This document shows, one piece after another, positions 49,536-59,027 of a stretch of 64,000 bases of DNA. Below the pieces are notes generated by a model. The model was given only the letters and a program-made list of their open reading frames with translations. It ran no database searches and was not told the DNA's origin. Made by a program: the position numbers and the translations under genes. Every line of letters begins with the position of its first letter. The stretch's first letter is position 1. Source of the DNA: an uncultured Thermoleophilaceae bacterium (GTDB lineage: Bacteria > Actinomycetota > Thermoleophilia > Solirubrobacterales > Thermoleophilaceae); the NCBI GenBank assembly GCA_963734165.1, contig CAVTFZ010000001.1, positions 247,546 to 311,545 of the forward strand, written 5' to 3'.

Positions 49536-50517
49536 CTAGCCCTTCTTCGCCTTCACGGCCTCGGTGAGCTTGGGCAGGATCTTGTTCAGGTCGCCCACGA
49601 TGCCGAGGTCGGAGAACTCGAAGATCGGCGCGTTCGGGTCCTTGTTGATCGCGACGATGTTCTCCGAGCTCTGCATGCCGACCTTGTGCTGGATGGCGCC
49701 CGAGATGCCGGCCGCCAGGTACAGCTTCGGCGCGACGGTCTTGCCCGTCTGGCCGATCTGGGCGGCGTACGGGTACCAGCCGGCATCGACCACCGCGCGG
49801 GTGGCGGCGACCGCGCCGCCGAGGGCCTGTGCAAGCGACTCGCAGAGCTCGAAGCCCTCGGCCTTGCCCAGCCCGCGGCCGCCGGCCACGAGGATGTCGG
49901 CGTCCTCGATGTTGACGTCCGCGCCGCGCTGCTCGCCGCGCTGGACCATCGTGGCCTTGGTCGAGTGCTCCTCGAGCTGGACGTCGACGTCGATCGACCT
50001 CGGCCGCGCCGCCGCCCGTCTCGCTCGATGTCGAACGCGTTCAGGCGGCCGATGATGATGCCCGGCTCGCCGACGTAGTCCACGTCGACGATCGCCGAGT
50101 CCTGCAGGATCGGCCGCTCGGCGACGAGCTTGCCGTCCTGGGCCTTGACCGCGGTGACCTCCATCGTCACGCCGGCGTTCAGGCGCGCGGTCAGGCCGGC
50201 GCCGATCTCGAAGCCGAGCAGGCCGCCGCCGAACAGGGCGTACTTGTAGCCGTTGTCGGAGATGACCTTGGCCATCACGTCGACGACCGGCTGCGCCGAG
50301 ACCCTCGGGCGCCTTGGCGCGGTAGACCTTCGTCGCGCCGTAGTTGCCGAGCGACGGCGCAGAGCTCGTCGGTCAGGTCGTCGCCGTCGCCGACCACGAC
50401 CACGGCGGCCTCGCCGCCGAGCTCCTTGGCCAGCTTGGCGCCCTCGGAGACGGCGCCGAGCGAGTTCTTGTTGAACTCGCCCTCGTAGTGCAGTGCGTAG
50501 GTGAGGATCCCGCTCAT
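49536..50517 (-). CDS. etfA: Electron transfer flavoprotein alpha subunit; at least two frame breaks
   Basis: [43 protein letters not shown] (ATG 50515-50517). ORF 49586..50278 is the middle part. ORF 49536..49949 has [10 protein letters not shown]...[40 protein letters not shown]. Confidence 0.85.
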
Positions 50518-51309
50518 GCCAGCAGCTTCCTTTCCTCCAGCCAGGAGACGATCTTCTCGACCGTCTCGTTGGTGTCCTCGTCCTCGATGATCTCGCCGGC
50601 CTGCTTGGCGGGCGGCGGGTTGATCGCGAGGACCGCGGTCTGCGAGCCGTCGGCGCCGACCTTGCCGGCCTCGATGCCGACGTCGCCGACGCCCTTGGTG
50701 TCGAGCGGCTTCTTCTTCGCGCCCATGATCGCCTTCAGCGACGGGTAGCGCGGCTCGTTGATGGCGTCGCCGACGGAGATCACGGCCGGCAGCGCGACCT
50801 CGACGGTGTCGTAGCCGTACTCGGCCTGGCGCTCGCAGCGCAGCTGCGCCGCCCTCGACGTCCATCTTGATCACCTGGGTCAGCGAGGGCATCTTCAGGT
50901 GGTCGGCCACGACGGCGCCGATCGTGTAGCACTCGCCGTCGTCGGACTGCTGGCCGAGCAGCACGAGGTCGGGCGACTCGGCCTCGAGCACCTTGGCCAG
51001 CGCGTAGCCGGTGGCACAGACGTCCGAGCCGGCGAGCGCGTCGTCGGTGAGATGAACCGAGCGGTCGGCGCCGAGCGAGACGGCCTTGTGCAGGGCACGG
51101 AAGGCCGACTCGGGGCCCATCGTGACCGCGACGATCTCCTCCACGTCGACGGCGCCGCCCTCGCGAATCTGCATGGCGGCCTCGATGGCGTGGGTGTCGA
51201 ACGGGTTCAGGTTCTTCTCGCCCGAGCGGTCGAGGCGCTTGGAGTTGGGGTCCATGCGCTTCTCGACGGCGGCGTCGGGCACCTCTTTGACGAGGACGCA
51301 GATCTTCAC
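50514..51309 (-). CDS. etfB: Electron transfer flavoprotein beta subunit; frame breaks near 50790-50850
   Basis: ORF 50275..51309 has the N-terminus (MKICVLVKEVPDAAVEKRMDP...LNPFDTHAIEAAMQI...LLGQQSDDGECYTIGAVVA). ORF 50514..50783 has the C-terminus (ISVGDAINEPRYPSLKAIMGAKKKP). The stop overlaps the etfA ATG. Confidence 0.85.
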
Positions 51310-51376
51310 GAAACAACTCTCCTTCGTTGATCCTGAGCGGCGTAGCGGCGGTGTCCGCTGGCGCGGCGGGATTGTA

Positions 51377-51419
51377 CCCGTTCCGTTGACTGATGAGTCA
51401 ATCGACTAACGGGAACGGG
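51377..51419. promoter_or_regulatory. Nested inverted repeat: CCCGTTCCGTT ... AACGGGAACGGG enclosing the perfect palindrome TTGACT-GATG-AGTCAA (51386-51401)
   Basis: Read directly. It lies 37 nt downstream of the B12-domain gene stop and 68-110 nt upstream of the etfB start, so it could be an operator or a terminator hairpin. Confidence 0.35.
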
Positions 51420-51455
51420 CTTCTTCGACTCACGGGCGAAACGTATTCGGCACTC

Positions 51456-51854
51456 CTAGACGGGGACGGCGCCGCGGATGAAGTCGACGATCCCCTGCAC
51501 GGGGGCGCCCGGCGTGAACACCTCGGCCACCCCCAGCTGCTTCAGCTGAGGCACGTCCTCGCTCGGGATCGTGCCGCCGACGATCAGCACCACGTCCTCG
51601 GCGCCCTCCTCCTTGAGGCGCTCGGCGATCCGCGGCACGAGCGTCATGTGGGCGCCGGAGAGGATCGACAGCCCGACGGCGTCGGCGTCCTCCTGCAGCA
51701 CGGTCTCGACGATCTGGTCGGGCGTCTGGTGCAGGCCGGTGTAGATGACCTCCATGCCGGCGTCGCGCAGGGCGCGGGCGATGATCTTGGCGCCGCGGTC
51801 GTGCCCGTCCAGGCCGGGCTTGGCGACGACGACGCGAATCTTGCGGTCGGGCAT
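51456..51854 (-). CDS. Stand-alone cobalamin-binding domain protein (methylmalonyl-/isobutyryl-CoA mutase small-subunit type)
   Basis: ATG 51852-51854 within ORF 51456..51989. [40 protein letters not shown] (DxHxxG B12 motif)...GLSILSGAH...VLIVGGTIP. Confidence 0.8.
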   Translation of the reverse strand: MPDRKIRVVVAKPGLDGHDRGAKIIARALRDAGMEVIYTGLHQTPDQIVETVLQEDADAVGLSILSGAHMTLVPRIAERLKEEGAEDVVLIVGGTIPSEDVPQLKQLGVAEVFTPGAPVQGIVDFIRGAVPV

Positions 51855-51894
51855 GGCCGCGGGAGCATATCGTCGGCTCCCTACCCTCCTCGCG

Positions 51895-53464
51895 GTGAAG
51901 CGCCCGGCCATCATCGGCCTCGTCGTCGCAGCGGTCGCAGCGGTCGCGGCCGTCGCGTTGGCGATGCTCGTGGGTCGCGGCGAGGACACGCCGTCGCGCA
52001 GAGTGTCTCCCCCGCAACCGCCCGTCGAGCCGGGCCGCGACCTCGAGGTCGTCGTGCAGGACGACGCGCAGCTGCGCGAGTCCTCGCCCGAGCGGATCCG
52101 CGCGGCGGCCGAGCAGCTCGCGGCGCTCGGCGTCGACCGCGTGCGCCTGACCGGCTCGTGGGTGGGATTCGGCGCCCGCGCCCGAGAGCGCCACCAAGCC
52201 CGTCTTCGACGACGGCGACCCAGCCGCCTACTCCGCCGAGGCCTGGCGCAAGCTCGACACCGCGGTGATGGAGACCGTGCGCGCCGGCATGAAGCCGATG
52301 CTCGACGTCTCGTTCTGGGCGCCGCGCTGGGCCGTCCAGCGGGCCTCGCGCGAGCCGGGCCACGGACGCTGGCGGCCCTCGCCGGAGGATTTCGGCCACT
52401 TCGCCGGCGCGCTGGCGGAGCGCTACTCCGGCCACTACGTCGATCCGGCGACGAACCTGCGGCTGCCGGCCGTGCGGCTGTGGACGACCTGGAACGAGCC
52501 CAACCATCCGGCCTTCCTGCTGCCGCAGTGGGAGCGGCGCGACGGCCGCTGGCTGCCCGCCTCGCCGCATTGGTATCGGCGCATGCACGTGACGGCGCAG
52601 GCCGCGATCGTCGCCGCCGATCCGCGCAACCGCGTGCTGCTCGGCGGGCTCAGCTCGGTCGGCTACGGGCCGTCCGGCGTGGCGGCGCGGATGACGCCGC
52701 TGCGCTTCCTGCGCGAGCTGGCCTGCGTCGACCGCCGCCTGCGACCGCTCGCGCGCCCCGAGTGCCGGGACTTCCAACCGCTGCGCGCCGACGGCTTCGC
52801 GATCCATCCCTACGGCTTCGGCCTGCCGCCCGACGGCGAGCCCGAGCAGACCGACAACCTGACGCTGGGGCGGCTGCCCCGGCTCACGGCTTTGCTGGAG
52901 GCCCTGCTGCGCCGCGGGCGCATCGCCGAGCCGCTGCCGCTGTACGTCACCGAGCTCGGCTGGGAGACCAATCCGCCAGACCCCTACCGCGGCGTGCCGC
53001 TCGAGGCTCAGGCGCGCTACCTGAGCCAATCGATGGCGATGTCCTGGGCCACTCCCGATCTGCGCATGACCGCCTGGTACCTGCTGCGCGACATTCCCGG
53101 CGATCCGGCGGCAGTGCCCGGCTCGCGGCAGCAGTGGCGCACGTTCCAGACCGGTCTCGAGTTCGTCGACGGCACCCCCAAGCCGGCCCTGGAGGCGCTG
53201 CGGATGCCGCTCTGGATCGAGCCGAGCGGCAATGGGAGCTACCGCGCGTGGGGCCGGGTGGCGCCCGGCGAGGGCGCTCGGCGCGTGCAGTTCGAGCGGC
53301 TGGGAGCGGATGGTGGCTGGGTAGCGGCGAGCCCGGGGCTGCGCACGCGCGCGGACGGGACGGTGGAAGCGGGGTTGTCCGCAGCGGGCACGTATCGGCT
53401 GCGCTGGGATCCGGCGGGCGGCGCGCCAGCGTGGTCGCCGCCGGTATCGGCAGCCGATCGCTGA
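51895..53464 (+). CDS. Membrane-anchored/secreted clan GH-A glycoside hydrolase, paralog of the gene at 1..819; one frame break
   Basis: GTG 51895: [25 protein letters not shown]...DRVRLTGSW is in the frame of ORF 51745..54369. After a break near 52159-52165 it continues in the frame of ORF 52265..53464 ([17 protein letters not shown]...[12 protein letters not shown]...[11 protein letters not shown]). Confidence 0.65.
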
Positions 53465-53523
53465 CTCGCTGGCGGGCGGCACGCCTCGGGGCCGCCCAGC
53501 GGAGCGGGACGGGGCGGGCTCGC

Positions 53524-54363
53524 CTACGAGCCGGCGCGGCCGGCCGGAGGCTGCTCGGCCACGGTGCGCCGGCGCACGAGCGCGCCGAGCGCCACCAACA
53601 CGACGCCGAGCAGGGCGAGCGCGACGGCGTCGACGCCGGTGCTGGGCAGGCTGGGCCCGGAGTCCTCGCTCGCGCTCGGGCTGGCCGTCGCCGTGTCCGG
53701 CGTGGCGGCCGATCCCGACGAGCCGTCGTCGCCGGAGCCGGTGTCGCCCCCGCCGCCACCGCCGCTGCTCGCCGCGCGCACCACCACGGTGCCTTTCATG
53801 AAGGGATGCGGCTTGCAGATGTAGCTGAAGCTCCCAGCCTTGCCGAAGCTGGCCGAGCCGCTCGTGCCCGGCTCGATGTTCCCGGTGTCGAAGCCGCCGC
53901 TCGAGGAGGTGGCGGTGTGGGTGGCCTCGTCCTGGTTGGTCCAGGTGACGCTGTCGCCGACGTCGACCGTGATCGTCGCGGGGCCGAACGCGAAGTCGTC
54001 GATCGTGACCGCGCCGGGCGCGGCGGCGCGGGCGACGGGACGGCGGGCTGGCGGCGACGAGGGAGCCGCCGGCGGCGCGGCTGCCGGCGGCGGCGAGCTC
54101 GCGGGCGCGGTGGGGTCAGGGGCGGTCGCCACCGCGGGCGGTGCGGGAGCCTCGGGCTGAGCTGCCGGCTCAGGCGGAGCGGCCAGCTCGGGTGCGGCGC
54201 CCTGCGCGGGTGCCGTGGTGCTCGGGGGCACCGAGCCCTCGGGCTGCGTGCTGCCGGCAGCGGCATCCGGCGCCCCATCGGCCTCGGCGGCCAGCGGCGC
54301 GGTCGGCAGCAACAGCAGGGCGGAGGCCGCGACCATCGCGACGAATGGAGCCAGGCGCCTCAT
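53524..54363 (-). CDS. Cupredoxin-domain (type-1 copper-like) surface protein with Pro/Ala-rich linker and LPXTG sortase anchor
   Basis: ORF 53524..54372 (ATG 54361-54363). Signal is MRRLAPFVAMVAASALLLLPTAPLAAEA. The domain has GDSVTWTNQDEATHTATS...FSYICKPHPFMKG (H...C-x2-H-x2-M ligand pattern). The C-end is LPSTG plus hydrophobic VDAVALALLGVVLVALGALV plus RRR. Confidence 0.7.
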   Translation of the reverse strand: MRRLAPFVAMVAASALLLLPTAPLAAEADGAPDAAAGSTQPEGSVPPSTTAPAQGAAPELAAPPEPAAQPEAPAPPAVATAPDPTAPASSPPPAAAPPAAPSSPPARRPVARAAAPGAVTIDDFAFGPATITVDVGDSVTWTNQDEATHTATSSSGGFDTGNIEPGTSGSASFGKAGSFSYICKPHPFMKGTVVVRAASSGGGGGGDTGSGDDGSSGSAATPDTATASPSASEDSGPSLPSTGVDAVALALLGVVLVALGALVRRRTVAEQPPAGRAGS

Positions 54364-54391
54364 CGCTGACAACGGACGCTAGCGAATGGGC

Positions 54392-56158
54392 CTAGCGGTG
54401 GTGGCGATGCCCGTGCCCGTGCGGACGCCGGCCCTTGAGCTCGAGGTTCGCGCGGTGGAGGCTGCCGTCGGACAGCTTGACGATCAGCTGGCGGCAGCTG
54501 CCGGCCCAGTCGCGATCGGTCTTCCAGAGGTAGGTGTAGGTCGTGCGCCCAGAGCGGTGGTGCAGCGGGCCGTCCCACCAACGCCGCCACCACCACGGCG
54601 AGCGGGTTGGCTCGGCCGTGTCGGGATCGGCGTCGGCGCCGCAGTCCACCTCGGCCGAGCGCGGGAAGCCGTCGGCGAGCACGTCGTCGCCGTGATCGCC
54701 GCCGAGGCGGAAGCGCACCGGCACGAGCGTGCCGGCGCGTATCCGGTTGAGCGCCGGCGGGTTCTGCAACGGGGCCAGGAAGCCCTCGAACTCGAAGCCG
54801 CCGCCGTCGTCCTCGTCGATCGTGTAGCTGACGGTCTGCGTGCTCTCGTTGCCAGCCTGATCGCGCGCGGTGACGGTGAAGCTGTGGACGCCCGCCGTGG
54901 CGGTGTCGACCGGCTGGCCGTCGGCCACGTCGCCCACGCAGGAGGCCAGGCCCGAGCCGCCCGCTTCGTCGGCGCAGTCGTAGTCGGCAAGCACCTGCTC
55001 GTCCTGGGCGTAGGTCGCGCCGTCGGCCGGGGAGCGCAGGGCGATCGTGGGATCGGTGGCGTCGACCACCGTGTAGCCGTGGCTGGCCGCGACCTCGTTG
55101 CCCGCGGCGTCGCGCGCCACGACGGTGAAGCTGTGCCCGCCGAGCGCGGCGGTGTCGATCGGGTCGCCGTCGGCCACGTCGCCCACGCAGGAGGCCAGGC
55201 CCGAGCCGCCCTGCTCGTCGCTGCAGTCGTAGTCGGCGAGCACCTGCTCGCCACGCGCGTAGGTCGCCCCCTCGGGCGGCGTGCGCAGGTCGATCGTCGG
55301 AGCGGCCTGGTCGAGCACGGTGTAGTCGTGGGTCACCGAGGACTCGTTGCCGGCCGCGTCGCGAGCGGTGACCGTGAAGCTGTGAGCGCCGGCGGACGCA
55401 GTGTCGATCAGCTGGTCGTCGCCGACCGGCCCGGCGCAGCTCGCGAGCCCGGAGCCGCCCTGCTCGTCGTTGCAGTCGTAGTCGGCGACGACCTGCTGCC
55501 CGCGCGTGTAGACCGCGCCGTCGGGAGGCGTGCGCAGGTCGATCGTGGGCGCGGCCTCGTCCGGCGGCGGGCAGGCGACCGCGCCCGTCAGCGCGATCCG
55601 GTAGTCACCGAAGCTGCCCGTGCGCCCGTTGGTCCAGCCGGCGATCGTTGCGCCCGCCTGGGAGGAGGACGGGCCGATGGTGAAGACCACATCGGGGAAG
55701 ATGCGCGGACCGGCCGCGGTCACCGGATCCTGGTTGTACCTCGCGATCGCGAGGTAGTAGACGCCAGCGCTGGCTGGGGTCAGCACGTCGCCCGCCGGGA
55801 GCGTGGACTGGCCCAGCACGCCCGGCGCGTCGTCGTTGGCATACACCCCGCGCCCGGCAGCGTTGAGCAGGAACAGCTGGGTGTCCATCGTCGTGCCGGC
55901 GACCGTGCTCGCGGAGAAGCCGCCACCGCCGCTCAGGCAGATGCGGTAGAGGTCGCGATCGGTGTCGCTGGCGATCGCGCCGGTGATGGCGTCGAGCGCC
56001 GTCTCGGCGCTGAGATCCTGCGCCGTCGCGGGCAGCTCACCCGCGTCGAGGACCTCCGTGGCCGCGAACGCGGCAGGCACCAGCGCCGCCCAAATCAGGA
56101 CGGTGGCCAACGCGAGACGACCGAGGCCATGCACCTGTCTTCCATCGGCACACATCAC
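54392..56158 (-). CDS. Secreted multidomain protein: PPC-like N-domain, three Ig/HYR-like repeats, PxKF-like C-domain, His-rich tail
   Basis: ORF 54392..56158. The signal is ...LALATVLIWAALVPAAFA. DTDRDLYRICL...AGVYYLAIARY. Three 83-aa repeats. FEGFLAPLQNPPALNRIRAGTLVPVRFRLGGDHG...YTYLWKTDRDWAGSCRQLIVKLSDGSLHRANLELKG. Tail RRPHGHGHRHHR. Confidence 0.65.
   Translation of the reverse strand: MMCADGRQVHGLGRLALATVLIWAALVPAAFAATEVLDAGELPATAQDLSAETALDAITGAIASDTDRDLYRICLSGGGGFSASTVAGTTMDTQLFLLNAAGRGVYANDDAPGVLGQSTLPAGDVLTPASAGVYYLAIARYNQDPVTAAGPRIFPDVVFTIGPSSSQAGATIAGWTNGRTGSFGDYRIALTGAVACPPPDEAAPTIDLRTPPDGAVYTRGQQVVADYDCNDEQGGSGLASCAGPVGDDQLIDTASAGAHSFTVTARDAAGNESSVTHDYTVLDQAAPTIDLRTPPEGATYARGEQVLADYDCSDEQGGSGLASCVGDVADGDPIDTAALGGHSFTVVARDAAGNEVAASHGYTVVDATDPTIALRSPADGATYAQDEQVLADYDCADEAGGSGLASCVGDVADGQPVDTATAGVHSFTVTARDQAGNESTQTVSYTIDEDDGGGFEFEGFLAPLQNPPALNRIRAGTLVPVRFRLGGDHGDDVLADGFPRSAEVDCGADADPDTAEPTRSPWWWRRWWDGPLHHRSGRTTYTYLWKTDRDWAGSCRQLIVKLSDGSLHRANLELKGRRPHGHGHRHHR
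54806..55552 (-). repeat. Three tandem 249-bp coding repeats (83 aa each)
   Basis: Units are APTIDLRTPPDGAVYTRGQQVVADYDCNDEQGGSGLASC.../APTIDLRTPPEGATYARGEQVLADYDCSDEQGGSGLASC.../DPTIALRSPADGATYAQDEQVLADYDCADEAGGSGLASC... The DNA tract GTCGGCCACGTCGCCCACGCAGGAGGCCAGGCCCGAGCCGCC is identical in two units. Confidence 0.85.
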
Positions 56159-56316
56159 GCCAGGTCTTTACCCCACGCACCACATCAAGCGTCCATTTTG
56201 CGGCATCCATGGACGTATGTGCGACGGAAAGACGGCTATGCCGTCACAAGATGGGGCGAAGGCCCTAGGCGGTCGCTGGACGGCCTGCGACGCAGAGCTG
56301 GACGGATGCCCGACTA

Positions 56317-57678
56317 CTAGGCGACGGCCTCGGCGCGCAGCGAACGCACGGAGCGCTCACGCAGGTAGAGCGCGGCCGTCCAGCTGAAGTCGCGTGCGCC
56401 CAGGCCCCGGCCCGAGTCGGGCACGAAGTACTCGCGCATGCCGCCGCCCTCGATCGCCTCCAGCATCCGGAAGCGCAGCTGCGCGGCGGCGACGCGCTGC
56501 CCGCGCTCGGCGAGCGCCAGCGCGGCGAGCCAGGTCACGTTCGCCCAAGCCGGTCCACGCCAGTAGTTGCGCGGCGAGCGCGAGGGGTGCGTGCGGTCGA
56601 GCGAGCGCACCCCATAGGGGCAGGCCAGCGCGCCGGAGAGGACCAGCTCGCAGCCGGCCGCGACCTCGGCCTCCCCGAGCTCGGGGGTCAAGAGCGCGAG
56701 CGCGCTGCCGGCGCCGGTGACCTCGAGCGGCGCGTCGGCGCCCAGGTCGACCGCGCGGATCAGCCCGTCGGAGCCCACCCGCGCGCGCAGCGCACGCGTC
56801 ACGCGCGCGCAGGCCGCGGCGCTCTCCTCGGCGACGCGTGGCTCTCCGAGCTCGGCGGCCAGCCAGGCCAAGTCGCGGCAGGCGCGCGCGAGCATCGCGG
56901 AGAAGCCCGCGTCGAGCACGCGGAAGGCGCCCTCGCGCGCGAGTCGCCGCTGGTCCCAGCCGCTCGCGGTGCCCTGGCGCACGAGCGTGAGGAAGCGGCG
57001 GTAGTGCTCGTCGGTGGGCCGCTCGGCGGCGTCCACGGAGTGCGTGTCGCGGCGGTGCACCACCGTCACCTCGGGCAGCACGCGCCAGAGCGGGCCATCC
57101 CACTCGAGCGCGTTGTCGCGCCCGGTCTCCCACGGATGCACGATCGTCGGCTCGCCGAGGCCGTGCGGGTCGCGATCGGTCAGCAGGAAGCGGTGCCAGG
57201 CGTGCAGCGGCGCCAGCAGCGCGCGGGCGCGCGCCTCGTCGGGAGCCTGCTCGAACAGCAGGCGCACGCAGGTGGCGGCGATCGGCGGCTGGGTGATGCC
57301 GGAGATGCGGCGGCCGTCGGCCGAGACGCGGCGCCCCCACCAGCGCGGGCCCGGCAGGTAGCGGGCGTAGGTGCGGGCGACGAGGGTCAGCAGGCCGCGC
57401 AGGCGCCCGTCGAGGTGGTCGGCCATGTGCGTCTGGAAGGCGATGTGCGGGACCATGCCGCGCGCGTCGCGGGCGCCCATCAACGTGTCCAGCTCGGTCC
57501 AGGCGCGCGCGGGGTCGAGCTCGGCCCAACCCAGGGCGGCCAAGGCCGAGTCCCAGTTCCACTGATGCGGGTAGGTCGCCCGCGAGGGGACGGTGTAGCC
57601 GCCGTTGTCGTTGCCACGCAGGACCGCGGCGGCGATCGAGCGCGTGTCGCTGGGGAACGTGAGTACGTCGTCGGCCAT
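56317..57678 (-). CDS. GH63-like glucosylglycerate/mannosylglycerate hydrolase family protein
   Basis: ORF 56317..57678 is intact. LRGNDNGGYTVPSRATYPHQWNWDSALAALGWA...GMVPHIAF...HPWETGRDNALEWD...YWRGPAWANVTW...FSWTAALYL. The assignment is from memory of the family pattern. Confidence 0.55.
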   Translation of the reverse strand: MADDVLTFPSDTRSIAAAVLRGNDNGGYTVPSRATYPHQWNWDSALAALGWAELDPARAWTELDTLMGARDARGMVPHIAFQTHMADHLDGRLRGLLTLVARTYARYLPGPRWWGRRVSADGRRISGITQPPIAATCVRLLFEQAPDEARARALLAPLHAWHRFLLTDRDPHGLGEPTIVHPWETGRDNALEWDGPLWRVLPEVTVVHRRDTHSVDAAERPTDEHYRRFLTLVRQGTASGWDQRRLAREGAFRVLDAGFSAMLARACRDLAWLAAELGEPRVAEESAAACARVTRALRARVGSDGLIRAVDLGADAPLEVTGAGSALALLTPELGEAEVAAGCELVLSGALACPYGVRSLDRTHPSRSPRNYWRGPAWANVTWLAALALAERGQRVAAAQLRFRMLEAIEGGGMREYFVPDSGRGLGARDFSWTAALYLRERSVRSLRAEAVA

Positions 57679-57733
57679 GGTCGCCCCGGTAGTCGGCGCC
57701 GCGGCCGGCGACTCCAGATCGAGCGGCGTGGCG

Positions 57734-58918
57734 CTAGGCGCCGTTCACCTCCACGATCACCGCGTCGCCCTGGCCGCCGCCGGAGCAGATCGCGGCGCAG
57801 CCAAGGCCACCGCCGCGGCGGCGCAGCTCGTTGACGAGCGTCATCAGGATGCGCGCGCCGCTGGCGCCGATCGGGTGCCCGAGGGCGATCGCGCCGCCGT
57901 TGGGGTTGACCTTGGCCTCGTCCACGCCGAGCATCCGCTGCGAGTTGATCGCGACCGAGGCGAAGGCCTCGTTGATCTCGAAGACGTCGATGTCGTCGAC
58001 CGTCAGGCCGGCCTGCTCGAGCGCCTTCTTGGCCGCGTTGGCGGGCGTGCGGGCGAGGTAGGGGAAGTCGTCGGCGACCGCCGCCTGGGCGACGATCGTG
58101 GCCAGCGGCGTGCGGCCGTTGGCCTTGGCCCACTCGTCGGAGGCGAGCACGAGCGCGCCGGCGCCGTCGTTGACCCCCGGAGCGTTGCCGGCGGTGTGGG
58201 CGCCGTCCTTGTGGAAGGCCCCGCGCAGCTTGGAGAGCGACTCCAGCGAGCTGTCGCGGCGCGGCGCCTCGTCGACCTCGACGACCGTGTCGCCCTTGCG
58301 CGAGCTGATCGTCACGGGAACGATCTCCTCGGGCAGCTTGCCGTCGTCGGTCGCCTGGATGGCGAGCTCGTGGCTGCGCAGCGCGAACTTGTCCATGTCG
58401 GCGCGCGTGATCTCGAGCTCCTCGCCGACCTCGTCGGCCTCCACGCCCATGCCCTTGCCGCTGAAGGGGTTGGTGAGCCCGTCGTGCATCATCGCGTCGA
58501 GCGCCTGCGCATCCCCCATGCGATAGCCGAAGCGAGCCTGCTTGAGCAGGTACGGCGCGTTCGACATCGACTCCATGCCGCCGGCGACGGCCACGCCGAG
58601 GTCCCCGGCGCGCACGGCCTGGTCGACGATCCCCGCCGCCCGCAGGCCCGACGCGCAGACCTTGTTGACGGTCTCCGAGGAGACCTCCTTGGGAATCCCG
58701 CCCTTGATCTGCGCCTGGCGCGAGGGGATCTGACCCTGCCCGGCCTGCAGCACCTGCCCGAAGACCACGTGCTCGACCTGCTCGGGAGCGACCTCGGCGC
58801 GCTCGAGCGCGGCGGCGATGACGGTGCCGCCGAGATCGGTGGCATCGAGGCTGGCGAGGCCGCCGCCGAGCTTGCCGAAAGGCGTACGGGCGGCACCGAG
58901 GATGACGGTCTTGGGCAT
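57734..58918 (-). CDS. Acetyl-CoA C-acetyltransferase (thiolase II)
   Basis: ATG 58916-58918 within ORF 57734..59086. MPKTVILGAARTPFGKLGG...VNKVCASGLRA...NEAFASV...NPNGGAIALGHPIGASGAR...LGCAAICSGGGQG. The frame is intact. Confidence 0.9.
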   Translation of the reverse strand: MPKTVILGAARTPFGKLGGGLASLDATDLGGTVIAAALERAEVAPEQVEHVVFGQVLQAGQGQIPSRQAQIKGGIPKEVSSETVNKVCASGLRAAGIVDQAVRAGDLGVAVAGGMESMSNAPYLLKQARFGYRMGDAQALDAMMHDGLTNPFSGKGMGVEADEVGEELEITRADMDKFALRSHELAIQATDDGKLPEEIVPVTISSRKGDTVVEVDEAPRRDSSLESLSKLRGAFHKDGAHTAGNAPGVNDGAGALVLASDEWAKANGRTPLATIVAQAAVADDFPYLARTPANAAKKALEQAGLTVDDIDVFEINEAFASVAINSQRMLGVDEAKVNPNGGAIALGHPIGASGARILMTLVNELRRRGGGLGCAAICSGGGQGDAVIVEVNGA

Positions 58919-59027
58919 GGCAGGAGCTCCTTGTGGCGCGTGGGGGGACCCGAGACGATATCCAGCTGCGCCGAGAACGACCCCGTATCGGTGCCGAGAC
59001 CAACCCGTTTCATAGACTGCCGCGCGC

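Noticed and set aside
54806-55552. Regularly spaced 249-bp repeats considered as a possible CRISPR array or non-coding satellite.
   Set aside because: The units are contiguous (no spacers), far longer than CRISPR repeats, and translate in frame into three homologous 83-aa protein modules inside an intact ORF.
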